Of a stretch of 50,348 bases of DNA, positions 7,823 to 17,690 are shown piece after piece. How positions within the stretch are numbered: the first letter of the stretch is position 1; each line of letters opens with the position of its first letter. Under the pieces are notes generated by a model. That model did no database searches. It had not been told where the DNA came from and worked only from the letters and a program-made list of their open reading frames with translations. A program made the position numbers and the translations under genes. Origin of the DNA: a virus (lineage: Duplodnaviria; Caudoviricetes); IMG/VR virus record IMGVR_UViG_3300009537_000020, positions 1-50,348 of that record. One strand, 5' to 3'.

Positions 7823-9286
7823 TTATGCAATTTTAGTTGCTGTTCCTGCGTCATCCGTAAACCATAGTTCAGCAGGGGTTGTATTCTTAACCCATATCTG
7901 TCCCCACCCTGCAACATCTGCGGTATCCACTGCCTTCTCTTTAAGGAATATTGAGCCATTATCACGAATAGATGAGCCCGCACCTACTTGTAAACTATCA
8001 GCAATAACATTTGTGCCTACTCCGAATTGAAAGGCGTTTTGAGCAGTTGCATGTATCTTTGCAGTGCTCGCAAATCCAAATACGGCAGAACCTTTCCCTT
8101 CGGCATAAAGATTATACTCATACGCATAGCCGTGTGCGAAAGAACCGTGTCCTACTGCTTTTATATAAGCGTTATTTCCATAACCATAACAAAAACCACT
8201 TGCAAATGACCCTTGTCCAGATGCAGTTATATCAGAAGTGGAATCTCTTGCAGATGAAAATCCTCTTGCAAATGCTCCACTCCCCGAAGCAGTAATCTTT
8301 GCGAGGTATGCATAAGAATAGTAATGATATGAATATCCTTGCACAAAAGAACCCGTACCATTTCCTAATAAAGAACATAAGTTATCGTATAAATGTCCTA
8401 TTACTTTACCAGATTTAACTCCAGCTGTACTGCCCCCTACCGCAAATAATTGAACTGTATGAACACTATTAAATCTTTTAGCGGCAGAACCTAAGTCATC
8501 TATTTGGTCTGAATCAGAAATTATACTTGTATTAAGTTCCACACTTGCGAGATTAGAAAGTGCGGTGTTAGCACCCGCACTACCAGCTGCTTTGAATATG
8601 GCGTTCCCTGTGCTGGTATCTTTTGTAAGGACATGCTCATTAGTGGCACCAGAAACCGCAGTAAGGGCGTTTATTGCCGCTTGGGCAGTTGATTGACCAG
8701 TCCCGCCATCTGTTAATGGAACATCTGTCCCACCAGCACGATAAACATAAGCACCGATGCCGTCAAGATACTGGAACTCTGTGCTTAATGAATAAGCTCC
8801 GACCACAAATGATGTCCCTGTTATCGCCCCCGCTCCGAGAGTGCCTGTTATAACTGTATTACCCGATATGCGCACACCAATATCAGCCACTAAATCTAAA
8901 TACCCGTCATCATTGGAAAAGATATAAACCCCAGCGTCACCAAATTGAATTTGTTTATCTAACGCAAAGCCGGCGTGATCATCAAAATATATGCTTCCTG
9001 TAACATCTATATCTGGTGAAGAAAATGGCGTACCCGCCCCGTCAGCAGAAATAACTATCCGGCCATCAGCACCGAGATCTATAAATACGCCAGTATCAAA
9101 TCCTTCTAATTTGTCTACGGAAGTAATATCAAAATCACCAGCATCTAAATTCTGGCCAAGGCCATCAATATAAGCCAAACCATCTATGTATAAATCTTTC
9201 CATTCAACTAATGAAGAGCCGAGATCAGAGGTATTATCTGCCCCACCAGTTACTGACGTATCATTTATAATAAATATTTTAGCCAT
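7823..9286 (-). CDS. tail fibre/spike with YadA-head-like repeats
   Basis: DLGSS..EWKDLYIDG and DLGSAAKRF fibre motifs, GGTGQSTAQAA motif, repeated A.G.GSFA.G beta-roll units. Confidence 0.75.
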   Translation of the reverse strand: MAKIFIINDTSVTGGADNTSDLGSSLVEWKDLYIDGLAYIDGLGQNLDAGDFDITSVDKLEGFDTGVFIDLGADGRIVISADGAGTPFSSPDIDVTGSIYFDDHAGFALDKQIQFGDAGVYIFSNDDGYLDLVADIGVRISGNTVITGTLGAGAITGTSFVVGAYSLSTEFQYLDGIGAYVYRAGGTDVPLTDGGTGQSTAQAAINALTAVSGATNEHVLTKDTSTGNAIFKAAGSAGANTALSNLASVELNTSIISDSDQIDDLGSAAKRFNSVHTVQLFAVGGSTAGVKSGKVIGHLYDNLCSLLGNGTGSFVQGYSYHYYSYAYLAKITASGSGAFARGFSSARDSTSDITASGQGSFASGFCYGYGNNAYIKAVGHGSFAHGYAYEYNLYAEGKGSAVFGFASTAKIHATAQNAFQFGVGTNVIADSLQVGAGSSIRDNGSIFLKEKAVDTADVAGWGQIWVKNTTPAELWFTDDAGTATKIA

Positions 9287-9289
9287 AAT

Positions 9290-10648
9290 TTACGGTAATG
9301 AATAAAAGTTTACAGGGAGTTCTACCGTTTCAGCTGTGGGTAAACTTCCACTACAAGCTTCTGCATAAAAATTTGGAAATATTACTGAACTATCTGATTT
9401 GAATAATGTTGAAATAACCCCTTTCCCAGGAAGGTCTCCATTTGTTTGATCAATGGCAAAGGAAACTATATCCCCCAAAACGACACTAACAGTACCCGTT
9501 GATACACCACTAACTCCCCCAGAATTTATAGTCATGGTTAACGCGGTATCAACATGGTTTTTCCTTAAAGTTACAATTACTGTTTCACCAGCACCTACAG
9601 GATTTGGAAAATAACACTGTATTTTAGTAAAATCACCTTCATAAGGAACAACATTATACCAGAGTAAACTAGCCTGGCTAGGGGATATATTACCACATAT
9701 TGGCGTTTCCGTAACTACACCAGAATCCACCCCCTGATAATGAAGAGTATAAATAAATTCCCCAGGCGTATCGGGGACAAATTCAGTACAAACGCTTAAT
9801 GTGCAATCAGGCCCTGGTGAATGTTGAGGCCTTATTAATGCTCTAAATTCACCCGAATTAAGTTGAACAACTGATGAATCAACAAAATTTTTATCCGACG
9901 CATCCAGCGTTGTAAATCTATTTAAAGCTGAAGCATTATAATTTGTGCCACCTGTTCCAGCGTCTACAGTCCAAAAAAAGCTATCCCTTTGGTTATTGTT
10001 TGTTGCGTCTACATCTTGTCTTCTGGAAATTCGCATATTTGTTAATGCACCAGATGTTGGTGAATATAACCAAAACCCGTGATAAAAATCATTTGGACCA
10101 ACAGACTTATTAACAGCATTTTCAATATTACAATGCCCTGGCATTTCTAAATATGCAGCACCCCCAAGAAGTGCAGACCTCCCGAATAATGTTTGGTTTC
10201 CTGCATTATGTTGAACAGCATAGGATATTGTCAATGGAGATCCTGTCCCATAATTTGAAACCGAACCAATATATTGAACCTGGGTATCCACATAATCGTG
10301 ACTATCAATAGGAACATCAAAATCTGCATAATTGTATGTTTGTGTTCCTACGAGACTTACTGATAAATTTGTTGTGATAAAATTTCTCCTTAACGTACAT
10401 TTTATTTTTTTACCGATCCCAGGAGCCAACCCGCGCGCAACGACAATTCTTCGATAGGTTGACGCATTAACTGTTTGAGAAACAAGGTTGACCTGTAAAT
10501 TTGTTGTGTATCCTGTTGTGTATCCCTTAACTAAATTCCCACATACGCCTGCGTATAAAATTTTAGCCTGATACGCAGAAGCTGCCCTATCGTAGAATTG
10601 TATCGGTTTGATAGAACGATCATAAAATTGTATCGGTTTATCTACCAT
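9290..10648 (-). CDS. putative tail fibre/receptor-binding accessory protein
   Basis: 452 aa, beta-rich, internal repeat (TLRRN...LSVSL / TLRKN...LTMTI), duplicated KPIQFYDR at the N-terminus. Confidence 0.55.
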   Translation of the reverse strand: MVDKPIQFYDRSIKPIQFYDRAASAYQAKILYAGVCGNLVKGYTTGYTTNLQVNLVSQTVNASTYRRIVVARGLAPGIGKKIKCTLRRNFITTNLSVSLVGTQTYNYADFDVPIDSHDYVDTQVQYIGSVSNYGTGSPLTISYAVQHNAGNQTLFGRSALLGGAAYLEMPGHCNIENAVNKSVGPNDFYHGFWLYSPTSGALTNMRISRRQDVDATNNNQRDSFFWTVDAGTGGTNYNASALNRFTTLDASDKNFVDSSVVQLNSGEFRALIRPQHSPGPDCTLSVCTEFVPDTPGEFIYTLHYQGVDSGVVTETPICGNISPSQASLLWYNVVPYEGDFTKIQCYFPNPVGAGETVIVTLRKNHVDTALTMTINSGGVSGVSTGTVSVVLGDIVSFAIDQTNGDLPGKGVISTLFKSDSSVIFPNFYAEACSGSLPTAETVELPVNFYSLP

Positions 10649-11124
10649 TACATTTCAATCCTTATTGCTCCATCAACATATCCTTGCAGATAAGCTGACG
10701 CGGAACTATACGTCCAATATACATTTCCGGCTAAACCATTAAAAACCATTTTATACTCCGGGGAAACCTGTATTCCATAAGTGTCCATTGCCACAACATA
10801 AGTACCGAAAGAATAAAACCGTAATACGTCCTCATCAGCTGAAAATTCTGGGGTTATCCCAGTGTCACCATCAGCATCCCAGAGAGCCATTGTACCAAAC
10901 GAATTAAACCCGATCGCCGCCCAGACACCATTTATATGCACATAAAGCGCCAGGGTCGAACCGGATGATAAGACTCCCTGTTCTCCATCATTAGCCAACC
11001 AATCAGGAGCGGTATCGAATACACGAAACTCATACAGCCCCCGGTTGATAATGGTCTGCGTATAATCCATGAACTCAATAAGCTCAAGGTCCCTTATTTT
11101 AACTACTGTATCCGGTACTTTCAT
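10648..11124 (-). CDS. putative tail-associated structural protein
   Basis: 158 aa; contains a DADGDT.I...E..ADED..RF motif of the kind seen in phage fibre proteins. Confidence 0.55.
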   Translation of the reverse strand: MKVPDTVVKIRDLELIEFMDYTQTIINRGLYEFRVFDTAPDWLANDGEQGVLSSGSTLALYVHINGVWAAIGFNSFGTMALWDADGDTGITPEFSADEDVLRFYSFGTYVVAMDTYGIQVSPEYKMVFNGLAGNVYWTYSSASAYLQGYVDGAIRIEM

Positions 11125-11627
11125 AATTTAACTTTTTTTAATAACCGTTTATTTACTTTATATAATTTTCTCGGGCTTATGCGCTTCTTCCATACTCCGG
11201 TCAATACAAAATTGACAACCTCTGAACAGTACCATTTATTCTTGTCGTTAATTGCACTAAAGGGCGTTAAGAACCCGAATATACCAAGCCAATCATACTT
11301 TAAACCTAAACATGAATCTGCCCGTTCAAGTATTTTATCTGGTACGTAATCAGCATCATAATCATAGACATCCCAACGATCCGTATTCTTTAATAATACA
11401 TTACCGTTAATCCAACGCGTTCCATTACTTTTCTTGGAATCTTTTACCCTATTTCTGGTTGTTGAACTGAAATAACACCAAACGCCATCGATTTCAATTC
11501 CAATTTCAGAATGAGAATAGGGAGGAGTACCAATATTCGGTAAGTATGTCCACCAAGATATCAGGTCATCAACGATAGACCCATCTGGAAACTTTGCTTT
11601 ATAAAAAACCAATCTTACTTTACTCAT
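11121..11627 (-). CDS. permuted papain-like (NlpC/P60, YiiX-like) enzyme
   Basis: Circularly permuted catalytic order: YSHSEI ... KYDWLGIFGF ... KWYCSE ... ISP..L. Confidence 0.8.
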   Translation of the reverse strand: MSKVRLVFYKAKFPDGSIVDDLISWWTYLPNIGTPPYSHSEIGIEIDGVWCYFSSTTRNRVKDSKKSNGTRWINGNVLLKNTDRWDVYDYDADYVPDKILERADSCLGLKYDWLGIFGFLTPFSAINDKNKWYCSEVVNFVLTGVWKKRISPRKLYKVNKRLLKKVKL

Positions 11628-11884
11628 GGGATTATCGCTCCTTTCCCGGCAAGGTCAATAGCTTTACTGGCAACTTCCGCCATCGCCCCCGCGTCACCGG
11701 AACTCTTTGTTACAGAGAGCGTAAACTTTTCATTATCAAAACTGCCCACTATCTTATCTGATGAAAATGACCCGAATCTGAACCAATTAAAAGATATTTC
11801 CTTTGTTTTAGGATCAATTTTACCGGATAATGAAGCACACCCAACAAGAAGAAAGCTTAACATAAATATAGAAATAACTTTCAT
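11624..11884 (-). CDS. lipoprotein (possible outer spanin)
   Basis: Signal MKVISIFMLSFLLVGC with LVGC lipobox; AGGAG RBS. Confidence 0.65.
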   Translation of the reverse strand: MKVISIFMLSFLLVGCASLSGKIDPKTKEISFNWFRFGSFSSDKIVGSFDNEKFTLSVTKSSGDAGAMAEVASKAIDLAGKGAIIP

Positions 11885-12273
11885 ATCAAAACTCCTTCGT
11901 TATTTTAATGCCCTTTATTTTATTACCACCAATAGTCTTGGTTTTTGCTGATATCTTTAGATTATCTTTCAGCCATTTTATAATAGTTTTTATCTTGTTT
12001 TTCATGCGCCGGCCATAACCTTTTTTAACTCTACTCTTACATCAGAAAGTCTTCTTCTTATTTCGTGTAATCTTTCATCTAAATATTCACTCTCTTTTTC
12101 AAGATCAGTCAACTCATCATCTAATTGTTCTAGTGTTTTAAACATATTCACCGCCTAAAGACAGGTTTATAAAACAGACATTAAAACAGCGACACAATCC
12201 GCAGATAGGTTTAAACCGATAAAGACAGTTTGCCCGAATCATTAGAAAGTTTATAATAATACAAAGAGCAACT

Positions 12274-12582
12274 TCAGGCGGCTATATCTATGTCCTGCAT
12301 TACAACACATGGAATTTTTATCTTATCCTGAAGTATCTTCTCCATTTTCCGTTCCATACGTTCAAGGACTACCTCTTCTAACTCCATCGGTGAATCAAAC
12401 TCGACTATGAATCGGTATTTCATGTGCCAGTTGTACTCCCTTCCGTAACGGTCTTTACTGTCTTTTAACCTGAACGGCTTACCGAATTTACGCCTATACA
12501 TCTGATCTATCGTTTCATTATTACGTTTACATTCAGCGATAACTTCTGCAAATTGTTCGTTACATTCGTCTATGTTTTTCAT
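12274..12582 (-). CDS. hypothetical protein
   Basis: 102 aa, ATGA-coupled to the upstream gene. Confidence 0.5.
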   Translation of the reverse strand: MKNIDECNEQFAEVIAECKRNNETIDQMYRRKFGKPFRLKDSKDRYGREYNWHMKYRFIVEFDSPMELEEVVLERMERKMEKILQDKIKIPCVVMQDIDIAA

Positions 12583-13193
12583 TTCTTTTGAAGCATCCTA
12601 ACCTGTTCCTTTAAAACCTTAATCTCAGGTAAGTCCAAGCGTGACTGCTCGGAATACCTTAAGTTAGATTGGTCAACTGATGCCCGCAAACGTTCTAACT
12701 CTGTTCCGACTGACCCGAACTCAATCTGTAACTTTTCGTCTAAGGAAAATATCTTTTGGTCTGCCGCACTTTCAATGCGATGGACAAGGGTATCTAACCC
12801 TCTAAATTGTGTTTCTACTTCAGCAAACTTCTGCTTTAAGGTAGCAACTTCTTCCAATATACCTGGATGACCCTTTATGGCGGCGTGTGCTTTTCTGGAT
12901 ATTGATTCTTGTAATATTGACTCATTCGTTGTCTTTATTTGAAAACTGATAGGGTTAATCTGCCCTACTAAAATAGTAATAAAGAATCCGAGCAGTGTGA
13001 TTACGGCAAGTGTAAGCCCTACCGATTGCCTGACCCAAGAAGCATTTTCATCCATCTTAGGTAAACGTTTAATAATCTCATCAGGTAACCTATCAATACG
13101 ATCATGGATTGCAGATATGTCAGACCGTCGTTCTTTACGCTCCGCCTCTATCGCTGTGAATATTCTTAGTTCTATCTCATTTTCTGGCGGCAT
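12579..13193 (-). CDS. single-pass membrane protein with long coiled coil
   Basis: Hydrophobic VGLTLAVITLLGFFITILVG followed by heptads. Confidence 0.6.
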   Translation of the reverse strand: MPPENEIELRIFTAIEAERKERRSDISAIHDRIDRLPDEIIKRLPKMDENASWVRQSVGLTLAVITLLGFFITILVGQINPISFQIKTTNESILQESISRKAHAAIKGHPGILEEVATLKQKFAEVETQFRGLDTLVHRIESAADQKIFSLDEKLQIEFGSVGTELERLRASVDQSNLRYSEQSRLDLPEIKVLKEQVRMLQKK

Positions 13194-13471
13194 TATTTTC
13201 CTTTACGTTCAATATTAAACCTAACATTCAAACCAAATTTACGCAGTAAACTTGGGATAAGGGTAACAACCCCAACAAGAATTACAACCCCCATAACCCA
13301 AGACGGTATAAAAGTCCTAGCCCAAATATACGCCTTGTCAATACCATCTACTTTAATGCCTTCAAACAAATTCTGGCATTCTTCTTTCTGAACAGAAGGA
13401 ATAGCATCAAGATCATAATATGCCTGTTGCACCGCCTGTTCCTGTTTAATCCAATCGTTACTTCCGCCCAT
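13193..13471 (-). CDS. small membrane protein
   Basis: One TM segment (WVMGVVILVGVVTLIP) and a basic C-terminus. Confidence 0.55.
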   Translation of the reverse strand: MGGSNDWIKQEQAVQQAYYDLDAIPSVQKEECQNLFEGIKVDGIDKAYIWARTFIPSWVMGVVILVGVVTLIPSLLRKFGLNVRFNIERKGK

Positions 13472-13706
13472 GTTGATCCCCTATATAATCCTTAACTAAG
13501 AACTTTAATATTTTTGTTAAATCAGCTATGTGTTGTTTAAGCTGTGTGCTGTTCATGGCATCAACATCACGATTAAGGATTTGTTTTACGTTATTATTTT
13601 TTAATACCTGTTTTAATTCTTTTGCTTGTGGTCGTTCAATCCTTTCGACTGCCCCAAGACAAAGAAAAGAAATAAGCACTATAGGTATTAATCGTTTTAA
13701 TTCCAT
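13458..13706 (-). CDS. small protein with signal-peptide-like N-terminus
   Basis: MELKRLIPIVLISFLCLGA followed by a charged helical region. Confidence 0.55.
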   Translation of the reverse strand: MELKRLIPIVLISFLCLGAVERIERPQAKELKQVLKNNNVKQILNRDVDAMNSTQLKQHIADLTKILKFLVKDYIGDQHGRK

Positions 13707-15643
13707 GTCATGCTCACCCCTTTGATGTCTTGGTCTTTAGCGTTATGTGTTGAAAATTTATACTTCATTGTTGTGCTTGATGATTGTGCGGATATGTCAG
13801 CCAGACCAGTTAATACATCTGTCGTTGCGTCATAATCCCCTGAATCAGCTAAAGTAACTGTCGTGTATGAACCCCCGCCATTGCGGCTTACAAATGCGGT
13901 TATATCCGTGTTGAGAGTTACGCTATCTACTGGGGTATGAAGAACGATTAATCTAGCTGTGTCTGGTGCTGAATCGGCGGTGAAATCTTGAGATATAAGA
14001 ACCATATTGGGGGTGCTTGACCCTGTGGCGTAGGGTACGGTTTCTGGCGTGAAATTCCCACCATACCTAGCGATTCCTTTTGAAATCCTAAATTCGTCAA
14101 TGTATGCTGGGATAACTCCATAAGCTGCTGAATAACCCACGTAAGCGGTGGCTGCAAGGTCAGGGAAAGAAAAGCTAGCGTCTAAGTTATCAGACCATGT
14201 CACTGTTTGAGATACTCCGTTCAAATATATTCTCATTTCGTTCTCGCCCGTGCCATATTTCTCCACCGCCATGTGATACCAAGTATTCACGGTTATTGTT
14301 AAGCTGTCTGAGTAGCCAATAATATATGTCCCGCTATTGACAGCAAGGACGTATATTCTTGTATCATTAACTAAAATAACAAATCTATTATTATTGTCTA
14401 TAACCTGACCCCATACCGTTCCTTGATTTGCTGTAATGCGCCTATGCCACCAATCTATTGTCCAATCCCCTGTTCCCAAAAACCAATCGGCGCTGTCGGA
14501 AGCAGAAATATAATCACCACTTCCATCAAAATACCCAGAGCCAGTACCTAGCTTTTTTATAGCTGTATCTATTTGAGCGTTACCAGCCGCTGTCCATGTA
14601 TGAGCCCCATCACTAGGACAATCTTCGTCAGTAAATGTTGTCGATTCATCAGACCCGTCCATGTGCAACAATAACACAGAATAACTATCACAGCCCAAAG
14701 AAGCCCCAGGTGTAGGAGAATATAGGTCATTTGTAGCGTCATAGGTTTCGTTTGTAGACGCCGATGTATCTATCCCGCTCTCATCTTCAAATTCATCTAC
14801 AATCCCGTCTATCATACCAAATTGAGATAGTGAACCGTTAACAGCAATACGAAAAGAATTAATTCCTATGTTCTGCTCAATCCTATCATTGATGCTGAAC
14901 ACATTAGCTGTGTCTATAATGGTATCTCCGTCGGCAGACTTAGCGGTACCACCAGAACAATTCGTCCCGTCAGATTCACAAACGTAATTACTTCCTATTT
15001 TAATCGCCGTAGACGCATGGATAGACCCCGTAACATCAAGCTCTACCGTCGGGGCAGTATTGCCAATACCAACGTTGGCGTTCATTAAATTGATATTATC
15101 CGTGGCCTCGTCCTCAAACTCGATTAATGCTTTGCCTGCGCCCAACCCGAGTGTAGTGTCTGAGTCCATAATGATACTAAAGGAATTCGCATCAAGATTC
15201 CCGCCTAATTGTGGGGTTAAATCTTCCACCACGTTAGATAAGCCAACACCAATTAATTCTATTTTGTCATAGACAGCATTCTTTGTAGGGACTTGTGTTG
15301 ATCCATTCCACCCAGCACCATAAATAGCATCTATAACGGTAACAAACCCGGCATCTAAAGTATTACCCGCATCAAGAGTTATACTAAATCCATTACCGTC
15401 TAAATCTCCGCCTAACTGCGGAGTGGTATCTTCAACTATATTAGATAATCCGCCAGCCACAGATTGATCGGCAACACTACACGTTCCGTCGTTATTATTA
15501 GTTACGTTCCCATTTGCAAATTTTAATAAATAACCATAGCATGTTGGTGCGCCGTCTTCTTCAGACACCCCCCGGACATACTGAGCCTGTGCTGTATTTA
15601 ATAAAGTAAATATAAACAATAATGTGAATAATATTTTTTTCAT
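13697..15643 (-). CDS. fibre-like protein with LamG/concanavalin-A domain and N-terminal signal peptide
   Basis: MKKILFTLLFIFTLLNTAQA signal; two D(T/L)TPQLGG(D/N)LD repeats; LamG motifs LLLHMDG, DWTIDWW, NTWYHMA and YIDEFRISKGIARY. Confidence 0.8.
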   Translation of the reverse strand: MKKILFTLLFIFTLLNTAQAQYVRGVSEEDGAPTCYGYLLKFANGNVTNNNDGTCSVADQSVAGGLSNIVEDTTPQLGGDLDGNGFSITLDAGNTLDAGFVTVIDAIYGAGWNGSTQVPTKNAVYDKIELIGVGLSNVVEDLTPQLGGNLDANSFSIIMDSDTTLGLGAGKALIEFEDEATDNINLMNANVGIGNTAPTVELDVTGSIHASTAIKIGSNYVCESDGTNCSGGTAKSADGDTIIDTANVFSINDRIEQNIGINSFRIAVNGSLSQFGMIDGIVDEFEDESGIDTSASTNETYDATNDLYSPTPGASLGCDSYSVLLLHMDGSDESTTFTDEDCPSDGAHTWTAAGNAQIDTAIKKLGTGSGYFDGSGDYISASDSADWFLGTGDWTIDWWHRRITANQGTVWGQVIDNNNRFVILVNDTRIYVLAVNSGTYIIGYSDSLTITVNTWYHMAVEKYGTGENEMRIYLNGVSQTVTWSDNLDASFSFPDLAATAYVGYSAAYGVIPAYIDEFRISKGIARYGGNFTPETVPYATGSSTPNMVLISQDFTADSAPDTARLIVLHTPVDSVTLNTDITAFVSRNGGGSYTTVTLADSGDYDATTDVLTGLADISAQSSSTTMKYKFSTHNAKDQDIKGVSMTWN

Positions 15644-15951
15644 CTAAAATATGACACGCTGATTACAGCGGTCGTCCCACTACTTACAGAAGTTGCTCTA
15701 AAATCCCTTATTTGCTGGTTTCCGTATAAATTTATCTCAGTAAACGGAGTAGCTACATGCCCTGTCGCGCTGCCAACGGTAACACCACCATAAACATAAC
15801 TTATCAAAGGCCCTGTCCCGACAACGACCTTTGCCAGACGTGCTGGAAGACCGCCCGAATCAGGAGAATATTTTGATTTAGTTAATGGTGTAGCTGCATT
15901 AGCACTTGAAACAGTTAATAATTCAAAAGCAAATGCTGTAAAATCATTCAT
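15640..15951 (-). CDS. small beta-sandwich virion protein
   Basis: 103 aa, beta-rich, translationally coupled. Confidence 0.55.
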   Translation of the reverse strand: MNDFTAFAFELLTVSSANAATPLTKSKYSPDSGGLPARLAKVVVGTGPLISYVYGGVTVGSATGHVATPFTEINLYGNQQIRDFRATSVSSGTTAVISVSYFR

Positions 15952-16301
15952 CAGCGCTCCTGTACTATAAAAATTACCTTAAATTTATCCGGTTTTTTTC
16001 TCTTAATGAATTTCATTAATAATGATCGGTTGATTTTAACATTTTTAATATATATAATTAATGATTCTTGTGTACTCTTTCCGACGGGTATATCAGCATT
16101 TATATGTACTTTATTAACTAAAGAATTACGAAAAAAAAGCTCATCATTCTCAAAGTCTTCAATACTTAAATTATACGTCACCTTTTCCTTAAACAAAGGT
16201 TCTATGATAATCGTGTGGACAACACCCCTTAATTCACCGGTGATAAATTTACCGGATCCTTTAGAAACAACAATACTATAACGATCCTTTTTATAAAGCA
16301 T
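15951..16301 (-). CDS. hypothetical protein
   Basis: 116 aa, co-oriented and coupled within the late operon. Confidence 0.5.
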   Translation of the reverse strand: MLYKKDRYSIVVSKGSGKFITGELRGVVHTIIIEPLFKEKVTYNLSIEDFENDELFFRNSLVNKVHINADIPVGKSTQESLIIYIKNVKINRSLLMKFIKRKKPDKFKVIFIVQER

Positions 16302-16307
16302 TAACGC

Positions 16308-16619
16308 CTATTTAGTATAAATAGCTAATTTAGAAATATCCGTCATAGTCCCTTTTCGTAAACCACGAAAAATCCCTTTGATCGGCAACCATTGGCTTAA
16401 TTCGTTTGTTGCGGCCGACGTGGCTCCCGATGAGACGGCATCTAATATTGTCATACCGGCAGCATTATCTCCTCCTTCACCGACCTCAGTTAAAACAATA
16501 GCCCCGGCTGATGCAACTTTCCAAGTGACAAGAACCCCACACATATTAACATTATCACTTGTTACTAAACCTGCTGCTGTGTCCAATGTCCAAACTTTAC
16601 CAGTAATCACATTTGCCAT
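16308..16619 (-). CDS. small beta-rich virion protein
   Basis: 103 aa, GAGGT RBS, composition typical of small structural proteins. Confidence 0.55.
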   Translation of the reverse strand: MANVITGKVWTLDTAAGLVTSDNVNMCGVLVTWKVASAGAIVLTEVGEGGDNAAGMTILDAVSSGATSAATNELSQWLPIKGIFRGLRKGTMTDISKLAIYTK

Positions 16620-16840
16620 TATTTACCTCTCTTCTTTTTTCCGGTAAGCTTTGACAAGATCGATTTCTTTTGCTCCTTCTTGGCTGGCTTTTTACCGAGA
16701 GTTTCTTTTGGTTTACTTGGTTCTTTTACAACGGTATTTTTTGGGTCAAATATACATTCACCCTTCTCATTAAACTTATAACCTTTGTCTTCAAGCTCCT
16801 TTTGTTCGATTGCCCACGGGCGTCTTTTACATAATCCCAT
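16619..16840 (-). CDS. small basic hypothetical protein
   Basis: 73 aa, Lys-rich, AGGAGG RBS. Confidence 0.55.
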   Translation of the reverse strand: MGLCKRRPWAIEQKELEDKGYKFNEKGECIFDPKNTVVKEPSKPKETLGKKPAKKEQKKSILSKLTGKKKRGK

Positions 16841-16851
16841 AATATTCCTCC

Positions 16852-17373
16852 TTAACGTATTCCTCTTGATTTTGGCCTGAACCGCTCATAATCCGCGGCA
16901 TTTGGATTCTCTGGGCATAAATGCCTCATAATATTCTTAAATTCACGTAACTTTGCTTCATTTCGTCTGTACCAGATTGTATTTCGTTCTGTACTATTTA
17001 ACGCGCGCATTTTTTCTTCATCAACAACCCAAACCATCTTCCCATTATCACTAAAACCTTTTACAGGATGCAACTCTTCCTTTGACAACATACCAATCGT
17101 AAATTCATCTTTCAATTGTTTAGCTCTACTCCACATCATATTTTTAGAACTAGGAGTTAATTTCTCGGCAGTAACACGTTCCAAATTCACTCCGTATTTC
17201 TGAGCATTCTTGGCTGACTCTGCCCAATCAACACGTTTCTTCCACCAAGGATCAGTTGATTTAAACTTTTCACTATTATACATTTTTGAAAGTTCTTCAA
17301 ATGCCGCAGGCTTTGCAACTTCTTTCTGCATCTGATGGCGTTCTATCGCCCCGTTTTTAACAATTATTTCCAT
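16852..17373 (-). CDS. hypothetical protein
   Basis: 173 aa, charged and helical, in the late operon. Confidence 0.6.
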   Translation of the reverse strand: MEIIVKNGAIERHQMQKEVAKPAAFEELSKMYNSEKFKSTDPWWKKRVDWAESAKNAQKYGVNLERVTAEKLTPSSKNMMWSRAKQLKDEFTIGMLSKEELHPVKGFSDNGKMVWVVDEEKMRALNSTERNTIWYRRNEAKLREFKNIMRHLCPENPNAADYERFRPKSRGIR

Positions 17374-17690
17374 CGCGCCAGTACCCCCATACTTTCAAAA
17401 GACGGTTTACCAACCAATAATGCTGGATTTATTCTCCAAACTTCTCGCCCATCTTCAGTTATTTCAACACTTTTATTTGCCAGGCAACCACAATCTTTAC
17501 ACTTATATTGATAAACTCTCGGTTGTATCTTTTGAACAAACTTCATTCTAGCCGGTTGAATAAATCCATCCTCTACACCTGGATTTAATAAATGTTTATT
17601 GCTCGGGCATAACATATACGGGCACCGGTATTCATCGTTCCACCCTTTGTTTTTATCACCAATAATACTATGAACTATCGCGTCCCACAT
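17364..17690 (-). CDS. Cys-rich putative zinc-binding protein
   Basis: CPYMLC ... CKDCGC. Confidence 0.55.
   Translation of the reverse strand: MWDAIVHSIIGDKNKGWNDEYRCPYMLCPSNKHLLNPGVEDGFIQPARMKFVQKIQPRVYQYKCKDCGCLANKSVEITEDGREVWRINPALLVGKPSFESMGVLARWK

Noticed and set aside
11886-12005. 39-aa basic ORF ending GIKITKEF as an outer-membrane beta-signal mimic
   Set aside because: Terminal Phe is present, but position -3 is Lys and there is no signal peptide; too weak to claim.
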